The translations under genes and the position numbers were made by a program. 64,000 nt of DNA from Azolla caroliniana (Eukaryota > Plantae > Polypodiophyta). Positions 24,880 through 38,495 of this stretch are shown one piece after another (position 1 is the stretch's first letter; every line of letters starts with the position of its first letter). The notes under the pieces were generated by a model. It was not told the DNA's origin. It did not search any database and saw nothing but the letters and a program-made list of their open reading frames with translations. The stretch covers positions 10,044,001-10,108,000 of the forward strand of contig JBHGNT010000010.1 of the NCBI GenBank assembly GCA_043228905.1, given 5' to 3'.

Positions 24880-25720
24880 TCCAGTTGAGCTTGCCACTCT
24901 TGCTTGCCATTGTCGATAGATGATTCCTTCTCCTTTATACATTTGATTAGTGGTGGTGGATCCTTTGATGGTGATAAGTTCATGATACTCCAATCATGCA
25001 TTACAAGTAATTCTCTTGGCTCTTGATCAAATTGATGTTGAAGAGTTAATGCCCACATAACTTTGTTGCTACTCAATGCAAATCCAAAACACAAATCTTG
25101 CACAAACACCTTCATACACTGCAACTTGGCACTTACCAATGCTTCCTTACACGCATTGATCTCCAAAAGCCAATCTCCAGCTATCACTTCGAGGTTACCA
25201 TCTTCATCTTGCAACTCCCTTGTGGGTACTTCACCATCAACAACTTTTTCTGTCATATCTTCCATTTCATCTTGCACATATTCATCATCAACCACCATAT
25301 CGCTTGCTGTATCAATAATCTCCTCAACATGATGTACATTGGCATCACCATCCATAGCATCGCTTCTCATAACAATCTCCTTGGATTCTTCTTTCACATC
25401 ATCATTCTTCATATCATGGTTGTCCTCATGATAACTCCAAAAATAAGAATAATGCTATGAGGGAACCTGTTGAATCGGACATTGCAAGTATGTTGGTTGT
25501 TGGCTCATGATCGATCCACAATTATTATAGCTTGGATTTATGGTATATGATGTCGATGCTCCATATGCTTCACCGAATAACAACTTCTTCAATTGTTGAT
25601 CATAACTTTGACATACTCGAAGCAAATCATGGAAAGACCTTGGGTACTTCATATGCACTTCATATTGAAAATATGGATCTAGCCCTACTTTGAATCTTTG
25701 CATCTTGAAGTATACATCTT
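24880..25720 (-). pseudogene. Element D ORF, distal part (second half of a gag-like domain plus an acidic region)
   Basis: KMQRFKVGLDPYFQYEV..PRSFHDLL joins in frame to ...LRRQLFQLRMVS..LEYEKTF..GLVGGI (42963-43110) across the G insertion. Confidence 0.65.
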
Positions 25721-26419
25721 CAACGTGTTGTCCAGAGGACTGAAATGTAGAATTAGGAAATTAGCAAACGGCTGTAGTGTAACCGAGTAGGAAAGAACGC
25801 CAGCGAGTGCCGAGTCCGAGTATCACGGGCCACCGACGGCTCGACTGTGTATTAGGGGAAACATTATTTAAACAAGGTCGAGTACCTCAGAGGGAGGGGG
25901 GAGAAAAAAAGGATAGGTAGAAGCACTAGCAAATTCCATCGTAATTAGATACTATTGTAAGGTCACCGGCCGTAAGCCGCGCTCTGTAACCCTTTTGCTG
26001 TCGCATTAATACATATATGTTATTGTGCCCATCTGGCTCCATGAGTCTGTGTTTTCTCTTGGGTTTCTGAATTAAGCGCCGTCCACGCCTATCAAGATCT
26101 CACTAGTGTTCCATCTCGGATTATTTTCTACCTCATGACGCCTCTGTTTATGAGCCTTCACGTAACACATCCTTTGCTACCGGTAACCTCAGGTCTATCG
26201 AAGGTGTCACCCAAAGGAACGAGTAACACAATTTGGCACGCCCGGTTACAGCTGTGAGTGCACAGCGAACTTCATTGAAGGTAACCACCAGCCGTCGTTA
26301 CGGCGCCCTCTCGCACCACGAGGTCTCGGCCACCTGCCCGACGCCCTGAGCCAGTCGAAGGAACTTCCGACTCGGCGGTCACTGACCAATCCTTTCCCGA
26401 GCAATCGGAGGCTCCCCCA

Positions 26420-29400
26420 GTGCAATCCTCGCCACCGGACACTCAATCGAGAGTTGATTCCCCACCACAACCCCCGCCAAGCCCGCCGGAGGTCACTCAA
26501 CCGGAACTAAACCCTTTCCCGGTGCTACCAGAAGACCCAAAGTACATCATGTCGTACCCATACCCACGTTACACCGACGGACCAGATGCGGAGTCACACA
26601 TCTGTGCCTTCATATCTACGTGGCAGGCCTACCACTCAACGCACCGCCTCACGCCGACCGAAATCGATGCCTCAAAGATTTCCGAGTTCACACTCTCCCT
26701 CGATGGACCGGCCGCACGATGGTACTCCCGCCTTGAACTAGGAGAGGGAACCACGTTCCAAATCGTGCGCACAAAGTTCCTTGAACTCTTTCATTGCGAG
26801 GTGCCCAAACGGGAACTGCTCCGGCAATTCTTCTCGATATGTCAAGAACCGCACGAAACGGTCGCGCAGTTCACGATCCGGTTCCAGGATCTCTACCGAC
26901 AAGTGGCCGACGATGTCTCGGCACAACATATACCGGACACTTTCCTATCCAGTTTACGAGAGCCTCTCCGAACGACTCTCGCACTTACAAATTTTGCCAA
27001 CCAAACTATCGGGGAAGTCATAGCGCGAGTCCTTGCCCTCGATCGAACCCAACACGGCACGGCCTTCTCTATGACCTCCCTACAGAATGCCCTTCCACAG
27101 GAGGACAACCGCTTTCGCCCAGCTCTCCAATGCACGATCTGTTCAGGCTCGGGTCACCTGGCTCTCGAATGTCCTCATTGCCCACAGTGTCCAATTTTCC
27201 AATCGCGATCTCACACCGTCGAACAATGTGAGTACAACATGCTCAATCGCACTACGACTGCACCAGTTCGCCAGATCGAGCCCAGGAACATGTACTCTTG
27301 ACACGATGAGCGTAATTCCTACCGAGACAACGATAACGATTGCCCACGATCACCGGATAGACGACGTCGGGACGACGATTACCGTCGAGATAACCGCCGG
27401 GATCGCTATCGCGACGACCGGATAGACGATTATGATCGTTACGACGATGATCGGGATGATAGGTATGATCGGAGGAACTCACGTAACGATTGGCGAAACG
27501 GAAACAGCAACTCACGCAACAATAGAAGGAACAACAACAACCGCCGATGAGATGCTCCTCCAAACGACCAGCGGAACACCAATGCACCTCGGACCAACTC
27601 GCCACCAAACGAGACAAGGAATCAACCGCAACAGCTCCCACACACAGACCGGGCTGAGACCAACAACTCGGCCAACGTTACGTGTTTTAAATGTAAACAA
27701 CTTGGCCACTATGCCACGCAATGCCCAACAACCGACTATGGCAAAGCACCTGCGGTGAACAGTATCATGGCCGATGTTCAAACCGTCACTACCCGGAGTA
27801 AAGCGCAGACTACACAGTGGCAAATCCAGGATGAAGTCCGTCAGGCAGCAAAAGAATGGATCGACACGGCCAATAAAAAGAATGTCGTGTGCATGCAAAC
27901 TGACATGAGAGACGTGCCCAACGAAGCACCACAAACCTCGGTACCATCCACGTCGTTAGAAGACGACCAACTATGGGATGTTCTTACCAACTCCCGCATC
28001 TCGCTGCCCCTACATAAACTGTTACCACTCATGCCGAGATTTCAGGACACCCTGGCGGCACTCCAGGCCAATACTAAGCCCGTGACGCCACCGGTACACC
28101 TCACCGAAGCAGGCATAGGTTCACCACTCATGGATTCTCAGAACCCAGTCTTGCGAATCATCATTAAGGGACAAGACCTACACGGATGCATCATCGACGG
28201 CGGATCCGGCGTAAACGTTATTAGCGAGTCAACGTGTCACAAGCTCGGCCTGAATCAATGGGAACCATGCCCCTTTTGGCTTCGGATGGGCGACACCCGC
28301 TCCGTTCGCCCCATTGGTTTAATCCGCCATCTCGACTTCACACTCGGAGGCCACATGTTCACGATCGACACAAGGTGCCTACCCAATGTTACTAGGTCGA
28401 CCATGGTTGCCTACAACGAATATCAAGCAACATTGGCAACGCAACATGATCTCGTTCCGAAGAGGCAAGACAAAAGTCTGAATCATCACTGAAGAACGAG
28501 TCCCCATGGCCCTCAACACTTCGCCGTTATACGTGGAAGGGGTCCATATGCTTGACGGTTTGGCCGATGAGGAGGTCGATGACTTCCTAGATGATCATTC
28601 CACGATGATCCCTCTCTTCGAAATCAATGCCATACCAACCATCGAGCCACCTAAAGACGAGGAAGTCACGGAGGAATCACCACCCCAAGATGAACTAGAT
28701 CCAACCACAGTTGCCGAGCTACGCCATGCTCGGGATTCTTTCGAACGCGAACTCGCCATTTCACAACGAGTCAAAGCATCAACCCTGGAAACAATAAACC
28801 TCAGCTCGGATGAGAATCCCCGTACGTTACAAATTGCCAATAATCTACCAACCGGAGAACGGGCATCCCTCGTACGATTGCTCACCGACTACCAGGATGT
28901 TTTCGTTTGGTCTTACACCGATATGAAGGGGCTGGATCCTCAATACTACCAACATCAAATCCACCTCTTACCCGACACTCGACCGGTTCAACAGAGGCGC
29001 TACAGGATGAACCACAACTACGCCGCTAAAGTCAAAGAGGAAATCGACAAACTACTCCGAGTGGGCTTCAGTCGCCCTGTTAAACGGGCCACGTGGCTGA
29101 GCCCGATCGTAGTAGTCCCAAAGAAGAACGGAAAAATCCGCGTCTGCGTCGACTATCGGAAGCTTAACGCGGCAACAGTCACCGACGGTTTCCCTCTCCC
29201 CTTCACGGACAGCGTCCTTGACACGGTAGCCGGCCACAAATGCTACAGTTTCCTCGACGGGTTCAGCGGCTATAACCAAATAAAAATGCACCCGGAGGAT
29301 CAGGAGAAAACCGCTTTCGTCACGGAATGGGGTGTTTTTGTGGCAGAAGTAATGATGTTCGGTCCAAAAACGGTGCCGGCTACGTTCCAACGCATCATCA

Positions 29401-31490
29401 CCGAAATCTTTCATGACTACATCCCGGCGTTCATGCAAGTCTTTCTCGATGATTTCATCGTGTATGGCCATCGACGGGAACACATGACCCAGTTACGACT
29501 CTGCCTGGACCGATGTCGCCAAGCTCGATTCAGCTTAAACCCGGCGAAATGCGTGTTCTTAGTCACCAGCGGCAACCTTCTCGGCCATATTGTCAGTCAA
29601 GAAGGCATCGCTATGGACCAAGATAAAGTAAAGGCCATCCTGACCACCTCCGCACCCTCGAACGCAAAGGCACTAAGCCGATTTTTGGGATACATCCGGT
29701 GGCACAGCCAAATGATACGACACCTGGCCAATTTCGCGACACCTTTACACACGGAAGTCCATCGCCTTCCCTTCCAATGGACGTCAATCGAGGACATGGC
29801 CTATCAGACCCTGAAACTAATGCTCTCACATGCCCCGGTGGTCCAGCCTCCGGTTTGGTCCGAACCGTTTCATGTCTTCGTAGATGCTTCAGACATCGCC
29901 ATCGAAAGTGCCCTGATGCAATGCACACCCCCGAATTGGTATAGGCCCGTGTACTATGCCAGCCGACGGCTCTCGACCGCGGAAAAGAATTACTCCACCA
30001 CCGAGCGGGAGGCCCTCGGTATGATTTATAGCATCAATAAATTCCAGCATTACCTCTTGGCCCGGAAGTTTACCTTTCACGTGGATCACTCGGCCCTTCT
30101 TTATTTGGTCAATAAACAAGCCCTCACCGGACGGTTGGCTAAGTGGATGAATGGATCACGGAGATGACCCATTTTCTCACTACCGGTTTACCTCCCGAGC
30201 ACATGCCCCTTGACACGAGAAAACGCCTAGCAGTGCATAGCCGGAATTTTTGCCTCATCTCGGACATTCTCTACCAGAAAGGCTCGGACGGCATATGGCG
30301 CCGAGCGATTCGGCAATTCGAGAAGAACGCCGTTCTTTAGGAGGCCCACCAGGGAGTAGCTGGGGGGCACTACGCCGGGGATTCCACGGAAAGGAAGGTT
30401 TGTCAAAGCGGATTGTGGTGGCTGACAACGAAGAGAGACGCTCACGAGTTTTGTCGGCAGTGCGATTTGTGCCAACGATTGGGGCAACCAATGGAATAGT
30501 CACGCCTGCCACACCAGTCGATTCTTCCGTTGGACCCATTTCAAAAATGGGGTTTGGATTTTGTAGGCCCTTTCAAGCCACCCGTGGCCCGTACAGGGAA
30601 TAGGTATATTATCGTTGCCACAAACTACTGCACCAAATGGGTCGAGGCTAAGGCACTCCGAGACAACACGGCAGCATCCACGGCTAAATTCGTGTACGAG
30701 CATCTTTGGTGCCGTTACGGATGCCCAATCGAGCTCATTAGTGACCAAGGTGGGCACTTCATCAATCATATAATACGTGAGCTTACACACCACTACGCGG
30801 TGGTGCACAAGAAAAGCACACCATACTACCCGCAGGCGAACGGCTTGGTGGAATCGACCAATAAAATCCTCCAAACCATACTGAAGAAGATCGTCAATGA
30901 AAACAAGACCGATTGGGATGACAAACTCCAGAGCGCGCTGTGGGCGTATCGTATGACTTTCAAAACAAGCATCCAATCAACCCCCTTTCGAATGGCGTTC
31001 GGGTTAGAAGCCGTAATTCCCGTCGAGTTCTAAGTCTCGATCCTCCGAGTTCAAGTCAAAGCATGGCTCCCCGAGGCCCAATCCGAGCAATACCGGCTGG
31101 AACAACTCCTCGAACTCAGCGAAGACAGGATAGAGAGTATGGTCCAGCTCGAACAACGCCAACGACAACGCAAGGCTTTCGTGGATTGACATCGAAACGG
31201 GCTGGAGAAGGAGCTCACCATCGGCAAACCGGTTCTTCTTTTTCAAACACGACTCGGGTCAATGCTGGGAAAATTAAGATTTCGGTGGACCGGTCCATTC
31301 TGGATTATTGACAAGTTCAACGGGACGTTCTAGCTCGGCACACTCGCCGGCAACACTGTCAAAAGTTGGGCCAATGGTTTCCGACTTCGACCATATCGAG
31401 GCACTACACCACCCAACCTGTTTACCGAGCCACACGACACAAACGAGTTTCGGGAGACCACCACGGAGGAGGTCACGTGTCCCCCTTAAT
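26420..31490 (+). pseudogene. Element G gag-pol (gag with three CCHC-like knuckles, PR, RT, RH, IN), degenerate
   Basis: LDGPAARWY; CTICSGSGHLALEC; CFKCKQLGHYATQC; IIDGGSG; FLDGFSGYNQI; FLDDF; FVDASD; WGLDFVGP; SDQGGHF; RWTGPF. Confidence 0.93.
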
Positions 31491-32791
31491 GAGGACTCAC
31501 CCACTTTTTTGACATTAATAAAGTAGGTAGGATTAACCATAGTTTAGCCGCCGATTAGCTACACCTACACCACCCACTTAGGCACCCACGATTTAGGAGC
31601 ACCCCTAGCCACCTCTCATTTAGTACCTATTTAAGAACATGCAAAGCACTCGAAGCACCCCACTCACCTTCAGGACACGTGGCGTTAGTCACTTATTATG
31701 GCACCCACAACTCAGAATCTTCAGGATTCGCTTCAGGCACAAAACCCTAGGAGTAAGTTACTAAAACCATTTCCAAAACGCAGCACATACACAAAAGTTC
31801 ATTATTGCTTCCAACCTCCATCACTCTCAAGCTCAGAAGCCCCTTCTCGCTCTCATCGTTCTAAACGCTCTTGCTCTCAAGCCCTCTTTCGCTCTCATAG
31901 CCCCTCTGCCGAGCTTCCCCTTCCTGCTGTTCCTCCTCTGTCTCGCCCTCGCCTCATCACTCTTCCTCACTCTTCCACACAGTCAAACCCCGTCTCCATC
32001 TCCACCATGCCTCTTACCACTTCAACAGAAACTCGCGCCTGGCTCCAGGAATGAGGAATGGGCGGTTACCTGAAGATCATCGATGCCCCCGCGCAACCGG
32101 ATGCCCAAGGAGTGGCTAGACGTATTTGTCGCGACGCCATCACCAACAACGTGCTTCGGGTTGCTTTGGACCTGCAACGGGGAGGGGACCATGAGGTCGA
32201 CATACCCCCGGCATTGAAGCTGAAAGAGTACTTCGGTGAGTTCTCAGCCTCAGGAAAGGCATATCGCACGTATGGCGGTGTCATGAAGATTTTCGGCAAT
32301 AGTGTGAAAATCCTATAAAACGTACGAAATCGAGTATGAATCACGTGGTACAATAATTGTGAAGATAACATTTTAAATAGATTTAATATCTAAGTACAAA
32401 ATGATGGAGGTTTCGAATGCACTTTATTACACGAGAAACGGACAACTAAATGTCAAGATATGAGGGTATAAAGTTTGTAAAAGGAAAGGAGAAAATTGTG
32501 AGATATCCCACATAGGCATGACAAATACAGCTCTCATCATATATAAGGTGGAGCAAAAGATATTATCATTGTGTTTATGTGTGGAGCATAGAGAGTTCAA
32601 GGTAACTTGAACTAAGAGTGGAGGTGGGCTAGCTACTCGTAAAGGGTTTTGGCCAACCAAAACCGGACCGGCGATGGATACGGTGATCCGACGGCATCCG
32701 GCACCGGCATCCGGCGAACCGGCGTCCGGTGACTAGATAAATAAATATATAAATATATATACATATTTACATATACAAGGAGGGCAAGTAA

Positions 32792-32845
32792 GGATTCGAA
32801 CCTTGCACCTCCAAGTTAGGAGTCAAATGGCTTACCATTAAGCCA
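32792..32845 (-). promoter_or_regulatory. Consensus-matching Pol III type-2 A and B boxes in the F LTR (second copy ~39089-39142)
   Basis: Reverse complement reads TGGCTTAATGG taagcca...caa GGTTCGAATCC tt; D-arm-like tggctt/aagcca and T-arm-like aagg/cctt pairing. Confidence 0.8.
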
Positions 32846-33303
32846 TGGTATTTAGTTAAAATTATATTTCTATCATTGTACTTTTACATGTAAATTCTCA
32901 TACATGAGAGCTAAAATGAGTGACATGGTTAGCATGGACCACATGTAATACTTAAGCGCCAAATGGCAAACATGCAATTTATGCATGTCTTGTACCCTCA
33001 CATGCATGAGAGCATCTATAAAAGAGGGAAGGGGGAGGAGAAAAAGGACGGTTTTTTTTATGAAAATTAAGAAGAAGAATTTTGTTATCAAATCAATCGT
33101 GTAATCTCATCTTCTCTCTTTCCCAATCTATCTTAAGTACTTTCTCGCCAAAGCTTGTATCGACTCTAAATCCTTCTTGTCCAAAACCCCGGCGGTTCCG
33201 CCTCACGATCCGCGCGTAGTGACGGATCTTCACGACATAATTAAGTGGTGAACCCGACGTGAACGAGGCGGTAGGAAGGATCAAGTCGAGATTAATACTT
33301 GGA

Positions 33304-35500
33304 GATGGCGTCCTCAAGCAATCAAGCGGGAGAGCTCGAAAGGATGATGCTAATCGTCGAGCAAATGATGAGATCTCGGGACAATGACGCGAGCGTGGAG
33401 AAGGCTGTCGATCGTGTCGTAGAGCTCGAGGGCCAATTCGATGGAAGGAACGTTACGAAGTTCCTTGATGCATATAAGAGGGAGATGAATCAGAGGGACG
33501 TGTCCGAGGCACGTCAAATCGTAAGCTTCAAGAGAGTTGTTGCCAACAACATCTAAAGACGCGTCATCGAGCTTCAAGAAGGTAAGACAACATGGTCCGA
33601 GTTCGAGAAAACGATACTAGCGGAGTTCGTGATTGAAGACTCAACGAGGATGACTCGACATGCCTTGATGAAGTGGATAGAGAAGAAGAATAAGAAGATG
33701 AGCGTCTCGAGGGTGTACGACGAATTCGACCAGATGTTTAGTCGTCTCCCCAATACGGACCAAGTGTTGCTTGAAGAGGACAAGACTTTGTACTTCTTGA
33801 AGGCCGTGGACATAAAGGATAGACGGGAGTTGGGGATTCTTCTCGAAGATGATACCCAAGCAAATGGGCTCGTAGCGGACTGGATCGCGGTGAAGCGGGC
33901 ATGCAATAGGCTCGACAAGCGTCGCCAATGGGTTGATGACACCGACTTGACGGGACCGACTACCACGGAGAAAGCAAGACCGCCGAAAATAGCTGAGCCG
34001 CTGAGACAAAGTAACGTGGAAGAAAAGAAGATTGACGACGACATCATTGAAGAGCTAGCGAAGAAGTTCGAGAAGGTCACGCTAGCCAACATGAATCGTC
34101 GGGGCCCTAAAGGAAAAGAACCCTTTAGATGCGTGTGGTGCGATAGCATGGACCACATGAGAAGGGATTGTGCGAGCCTTCGAGAGGCGATTCGACAAAA
34201 TATCGTATACATAGAGGACAACATGATCTGCTCAAGCGAGACTAGAAGACCCCTACGGGTGAATTTCGAAAGAGGAGGAATGAAGAAATCTATGGAGGAT
34301 GCCGATGCGACTCATGTGGATGCGATGCACTATGCTGCGTCGGCCGGAATAAGAGTCGGGAAAGACAAGACTAAAGTTGCTAGAGCAGGAGCAAAGTTTT
34401 GGACTTCCGTTCTCGAATATGAGAAGAAGGGAAAAATCACATCGAACGAGGTAGAGCTTGCGGACCGAAGCGTGCAAAGCATAACCGGGTGGTCGGATCC
34501 GGTGGACGACAACACCATACTCGCAGAGGTGATGTGCGACAACCACGAGGTGTTCGTCGAAGAAAAGAGAAAGAGAATAGAAGAGCAAGGCCCATCAAAA
34601 AGACATGAAACAAGGAACGCGAAAAAGAAGGACGATGCGGAGACGAGTCGACCTTTACAAACGGAGGAACGAGAATCAAGCCGAAAAGGGGAGCCGAGCA
34701 TACGAGTTGAAGAAACGGTTCGGCCCGTGAAGGTTGGTGTCGAAGACCCCACTCGGAGGACAAGGACTATACCTACCTATAAGCTAAGGTCGGACATAGA
34801 GCAGACGACGGACCTAAAGAAGATTCTCGAAGAACGAGTTCTTGATAGCCATGTAACTTTGTCCTTGAGGGAATTGCTTGGCATTACGAAGAAGGAGTTC
34901 CATGACACGATCGTGGACCTTGTAAAGAGAAAGAGACAACAATCGGACGAGGAAGAAGAGAAACCGCAAAAAGCAAAAACGAATGCCATAATGATGGCAA
35001 GAGACGAAATCGATGAAGATATGGTGGACAGCCACTACACTCGACCTCATTGGGCACGAGCGACAACGGAGACGCCGGTGAAGATCGGGGAGAAGAAAGA
35101 GACCGTGGTAGCCTTGATCGACCACGGCTCGGAGATCAACCTCATGTCAACTGACTTCTACAAAAAGGGAAGATGGCCAATCAATACAAACCACGGATGG
35201 AAGATTCGCGCGGCAACAAAGTCTATGGAGGATTTGTACGGAGCTTGTCCCAATGTCAAAGTCACGATCGGGAATGTGGAGATGGATCAACACTTCTTCG
35301 TACAAGAATCGGCATCGCATTCTGTCATCCTAGGGCAACCTTATATCACATCATCTCGGATGGAGACCAAAGTGTTCGATAATGCAGCCTTCGCACGAAT
35401 AAAGAGTCTTGACAACCAAAGATCGGTCCAATTCCTAACGGTGCGAGCCAATCATGAAAGGAATCGAGATAGTCTCGGAGGCGAATCCTCGGATTTTTAG
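33304..35500 (+). CDS. Element F Gag-protease ORF (one premature stop at ~33554)
   Basis: FDGRNVTKFL; CVWCDSMDHMRRDC; protease ALIDHGSEIN...VILGQP. Confidence 0.85.
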
Positions 35501-35553
35501 AGCGGACTATTGAAGCATGGGGCACAAATAGTCCAAGCAATCACAAGACCCCA
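35491..35553 (+). promoter_or_regulatory. Putative -1 frameshift site plus H-type pseudoknot between Gag-PR and RT in F
   Basis: G_GAT_TTT directly before TAG; 6-nt spacer; stem 1 ggactatt/aatagtcc; stem 2 tgggg/cccca; the -1 frame is open into RT. Confidence 0.75.
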
Positions 35554-35565
35554 CAAGAAAGAAGA

Positions 35566-38495
35566 GTGCGTGGATTGCAAGGAGAAGCAACATGTGTCAT
35601 ACCTAGTGGCGCATGTAAACTAGTACTACCCGACAAGAAGCACAAGCACCGGATACAAGAATTTGAGAAGATGCTGAAAGAAGAGAACATAATAGAAGAA
35701 GGGGAGTTCGTGACTCATATTATGGAAGAAGCCTCATTTAACGACACCATCGGTGAAATCGAGGACATCGTGGACTTGAGCTATCTTCACAACCAATGCG
35801 TGATTTCGGTTAACTCCATCAACATGTACGCTATCATCGATGAATACTGTCGTGGCATCTCGATGAAGGAAGCTGACATCAACACGAAATATAAAACGGT
35901 GGATAAGAAGATCAAGCCAGTTGCGGTTCCGCTACTAGAAGATAGCTGGCAAAAGATGAAGGAAGTCGCTAATGATCCAAGCTTAAGAGATCCGAAGAAG
36001 ATAGGTCATGTCTTCACCAAAGAGACGAAGGGGAAGCTACGAGTTGGAAAGGAGGATTTCCTTCTCCCTGAAGAGGAGCGAATGTTTCGCAATATGCTTG
36101 AGAGACATGGGAAGGCTTTCGCATTCTTCCCACGAGAAATCAGATGCGCCGACCCAAAGGTTATAGAGCCAATGGTGATCTTCACGGTGCCTCATGTGCC
36201 TTGGAATTTGAAACCGATACCGGTTCCGAGAGCACACCTTCCGAAGCTGATCGAGCTCTTAAAGGAGAAGGTGAGTATGGGAATTCTAGAACCGTCGAAT
36301 GCTCCTTATTCCAATAGGTGGTTCACGGTGCCGAAGAAGAATGGATCATTGCGATTCATCCAAGATCTTCAACCCGTCAACAAGGTGACAATTCGAAATG
36401 CCGGAATCGGTCTGAGCGTGGACGAATTTGCCGAAGCGTTTGCGGGCCGGTCCATCTACTCCATTGGCGATCTCTACTCCGGATATGACCAATTCGCGTT
36501 TTATCATATATGGATTCCTCACTACGCTCATGTCGCTGAACCGTTATATGGACTACTAAAGAAAAGAATAAAGTTCGAATGGCGAGACAAGCACACAGAG
36601 GCGATGCGAAGATTAAAGAAACTACTTCTTGAAGCTCCGGCACTAAGGAAGGCCGACTATGCCGAAGGGAAACCAATTTACGTGAGCGTAGATACGAGCC
36701 CAACCAGAATCGGGTGGGTCATCAATCAAGAAGGTGAAGATAATGCGCAAAGGTTCTCAGCGAACGGCAACAAAGATATGCCCAAGTCAAGCGGGAACTT
36801 TGGGGTATTGTGTCGGCAGTGAAGACGAACAAAGATTACCTGATCGGGTCAGAAGTGATAATAGAGACAGATTGTCTCCCAATTCTCGGAATGATCTCGG
36901 GATGTGCGACCCCAGATCTTGCTATGCTAAGGTGGATCGCCTACATCAAGTCTTTAAACCCAGAGATCCGTCACAACGCAGGGAAGAAGAATGCCATGGC
37001 TGACATGCTGTCGAGGGCAAGATTTTCAAATGGAAGTAACATGGTTTCGGAAGATGAAGATGTCGCCCTCAACTTCTTCAAGATGGCTCGATTGTCGGCG
37101 GAAGACGAGGACACGCAAACCCTCGACGCCTTCAACGAGAACGAGTACGAAGGAGAATGGTTACTCATCGGTAGATTCCTAAGAACATTGACGACAGATG
37201 CTTCGTTGACAAAGGAGGAGGCCCTACGAATCCGAAAGAAAGCTTATCGATACTTCTTGAAGGGAGGATTCCTTTGGCGACATCCAAAAAGAAGGACAGG
37301 AATACCACGTCGAGTGGTGGTAAAGAAAGAAGAGCAAGAGACGTTGATGACCGAATTCCACGAGAGTGCTTGGGCAGGTCATAGAGGAACATGGGCGACG
37401 TTCGAAAAATTGAAGGAGAAGTACTGGTGGCCAAGCATGTACAAAGATGTACTCCATTTCGTGTCCACATGTGAAACTTGCCAAATATATTCAAATATAC
37501 GTCATCGTGATGAGTTAAAGCCGACAGACCCACTCACCATTCACTTCAAATGGATGGTGGATCTGGTCTCGATGCCAATGGGAGTGGGACAAATGAAGTA
37601 CTTAGCGCTCGCAAGGGAAGACTTGACAAATCAAGTGGAAGGACGAGCCTTGACAAATAAGACGACTTCGGCCGTTTGTAAATTTTTACTTGAAGATGTT
37701 GTTTGCCGATATGGATGTGTAGAGAAGATAGTGGCCGACCGAGGGGAGTTGGACGCGCACGAAGCGACGGAGCTCTTCGAAAGACTAGGCGTGAAGCTCT
37801 CCCTCACGACTACCTACAATCCAGAAGCAAATGGGAAGATTGAGCAAGGGCATGGACCTATCATTAAAGCCATCGTACGGGCATGCAACGGTCGAGTCGG
37901 GAATTGGCCACGACTATTACCCTATGCCTTGTGCGCCGATAGAACGACACATAGCTCGGTGACAGGGTATATGCCGACGGAGCTTATGTATCGACAAAAG
38001 CCGATTATGCCCATCGAAAGGACGATCGCCTCATGGGTAGCGATATCGTGGGAGAACGAGATGAGCCGAGAAGAGTTATTAGCGGCGCGGATAAGGAAAC
38101 TTGAAAGAAGACCTGAAGATTTAGAAAAAGCGCAGAAGATGATGAAGGCAGCCCGAGTAAAGAACAAAGTTCGGTTCGACAACACGCATCGACTTCGTCC
38201 CAAGAAGATTGAAGAAGGGGATTGGGTTTTGGTTTACGACAGCACCCTTGACAATCAACATAGTACAACAAGGAAGTTCGCAAGAAGATGGTTCGGGCCG
38301 TATGTGGTGACAAGTGCCAACGATAATGCCACATACCACCTTGCGGAACTAGACGGATCAAGGTTGGCTGTACCCATTGCGGGAAAAAGACTAAAGCTTT
38401 TCAAGAAAAGACAAGACAAGGATCCTAACCTCGATTACCTCGACGATGAACATAATAGGCCGGATGAAAATGAAGACATGGAGGATTCTAATTGA
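35566..38495 (+). pseudogene. Element F RT-RH-IN with the RT catalytic core deleted
   Basis: YKTVDKKIKPV, VPHVPW and LRFIQDLQPVN are present; DLYSGYDQF is joined directly to AFYHIWIPHY (no YxDD segment); integrase ADRGE, RRWFGPY. Confidence 0.88.

Noticed and set aside
32783-32850. Functional tRNA genes in LTRs
   Set aside because: No 7-bp acceptor stem or correctly placed anticodon arm; reported as tRNA-like cassettes instead.
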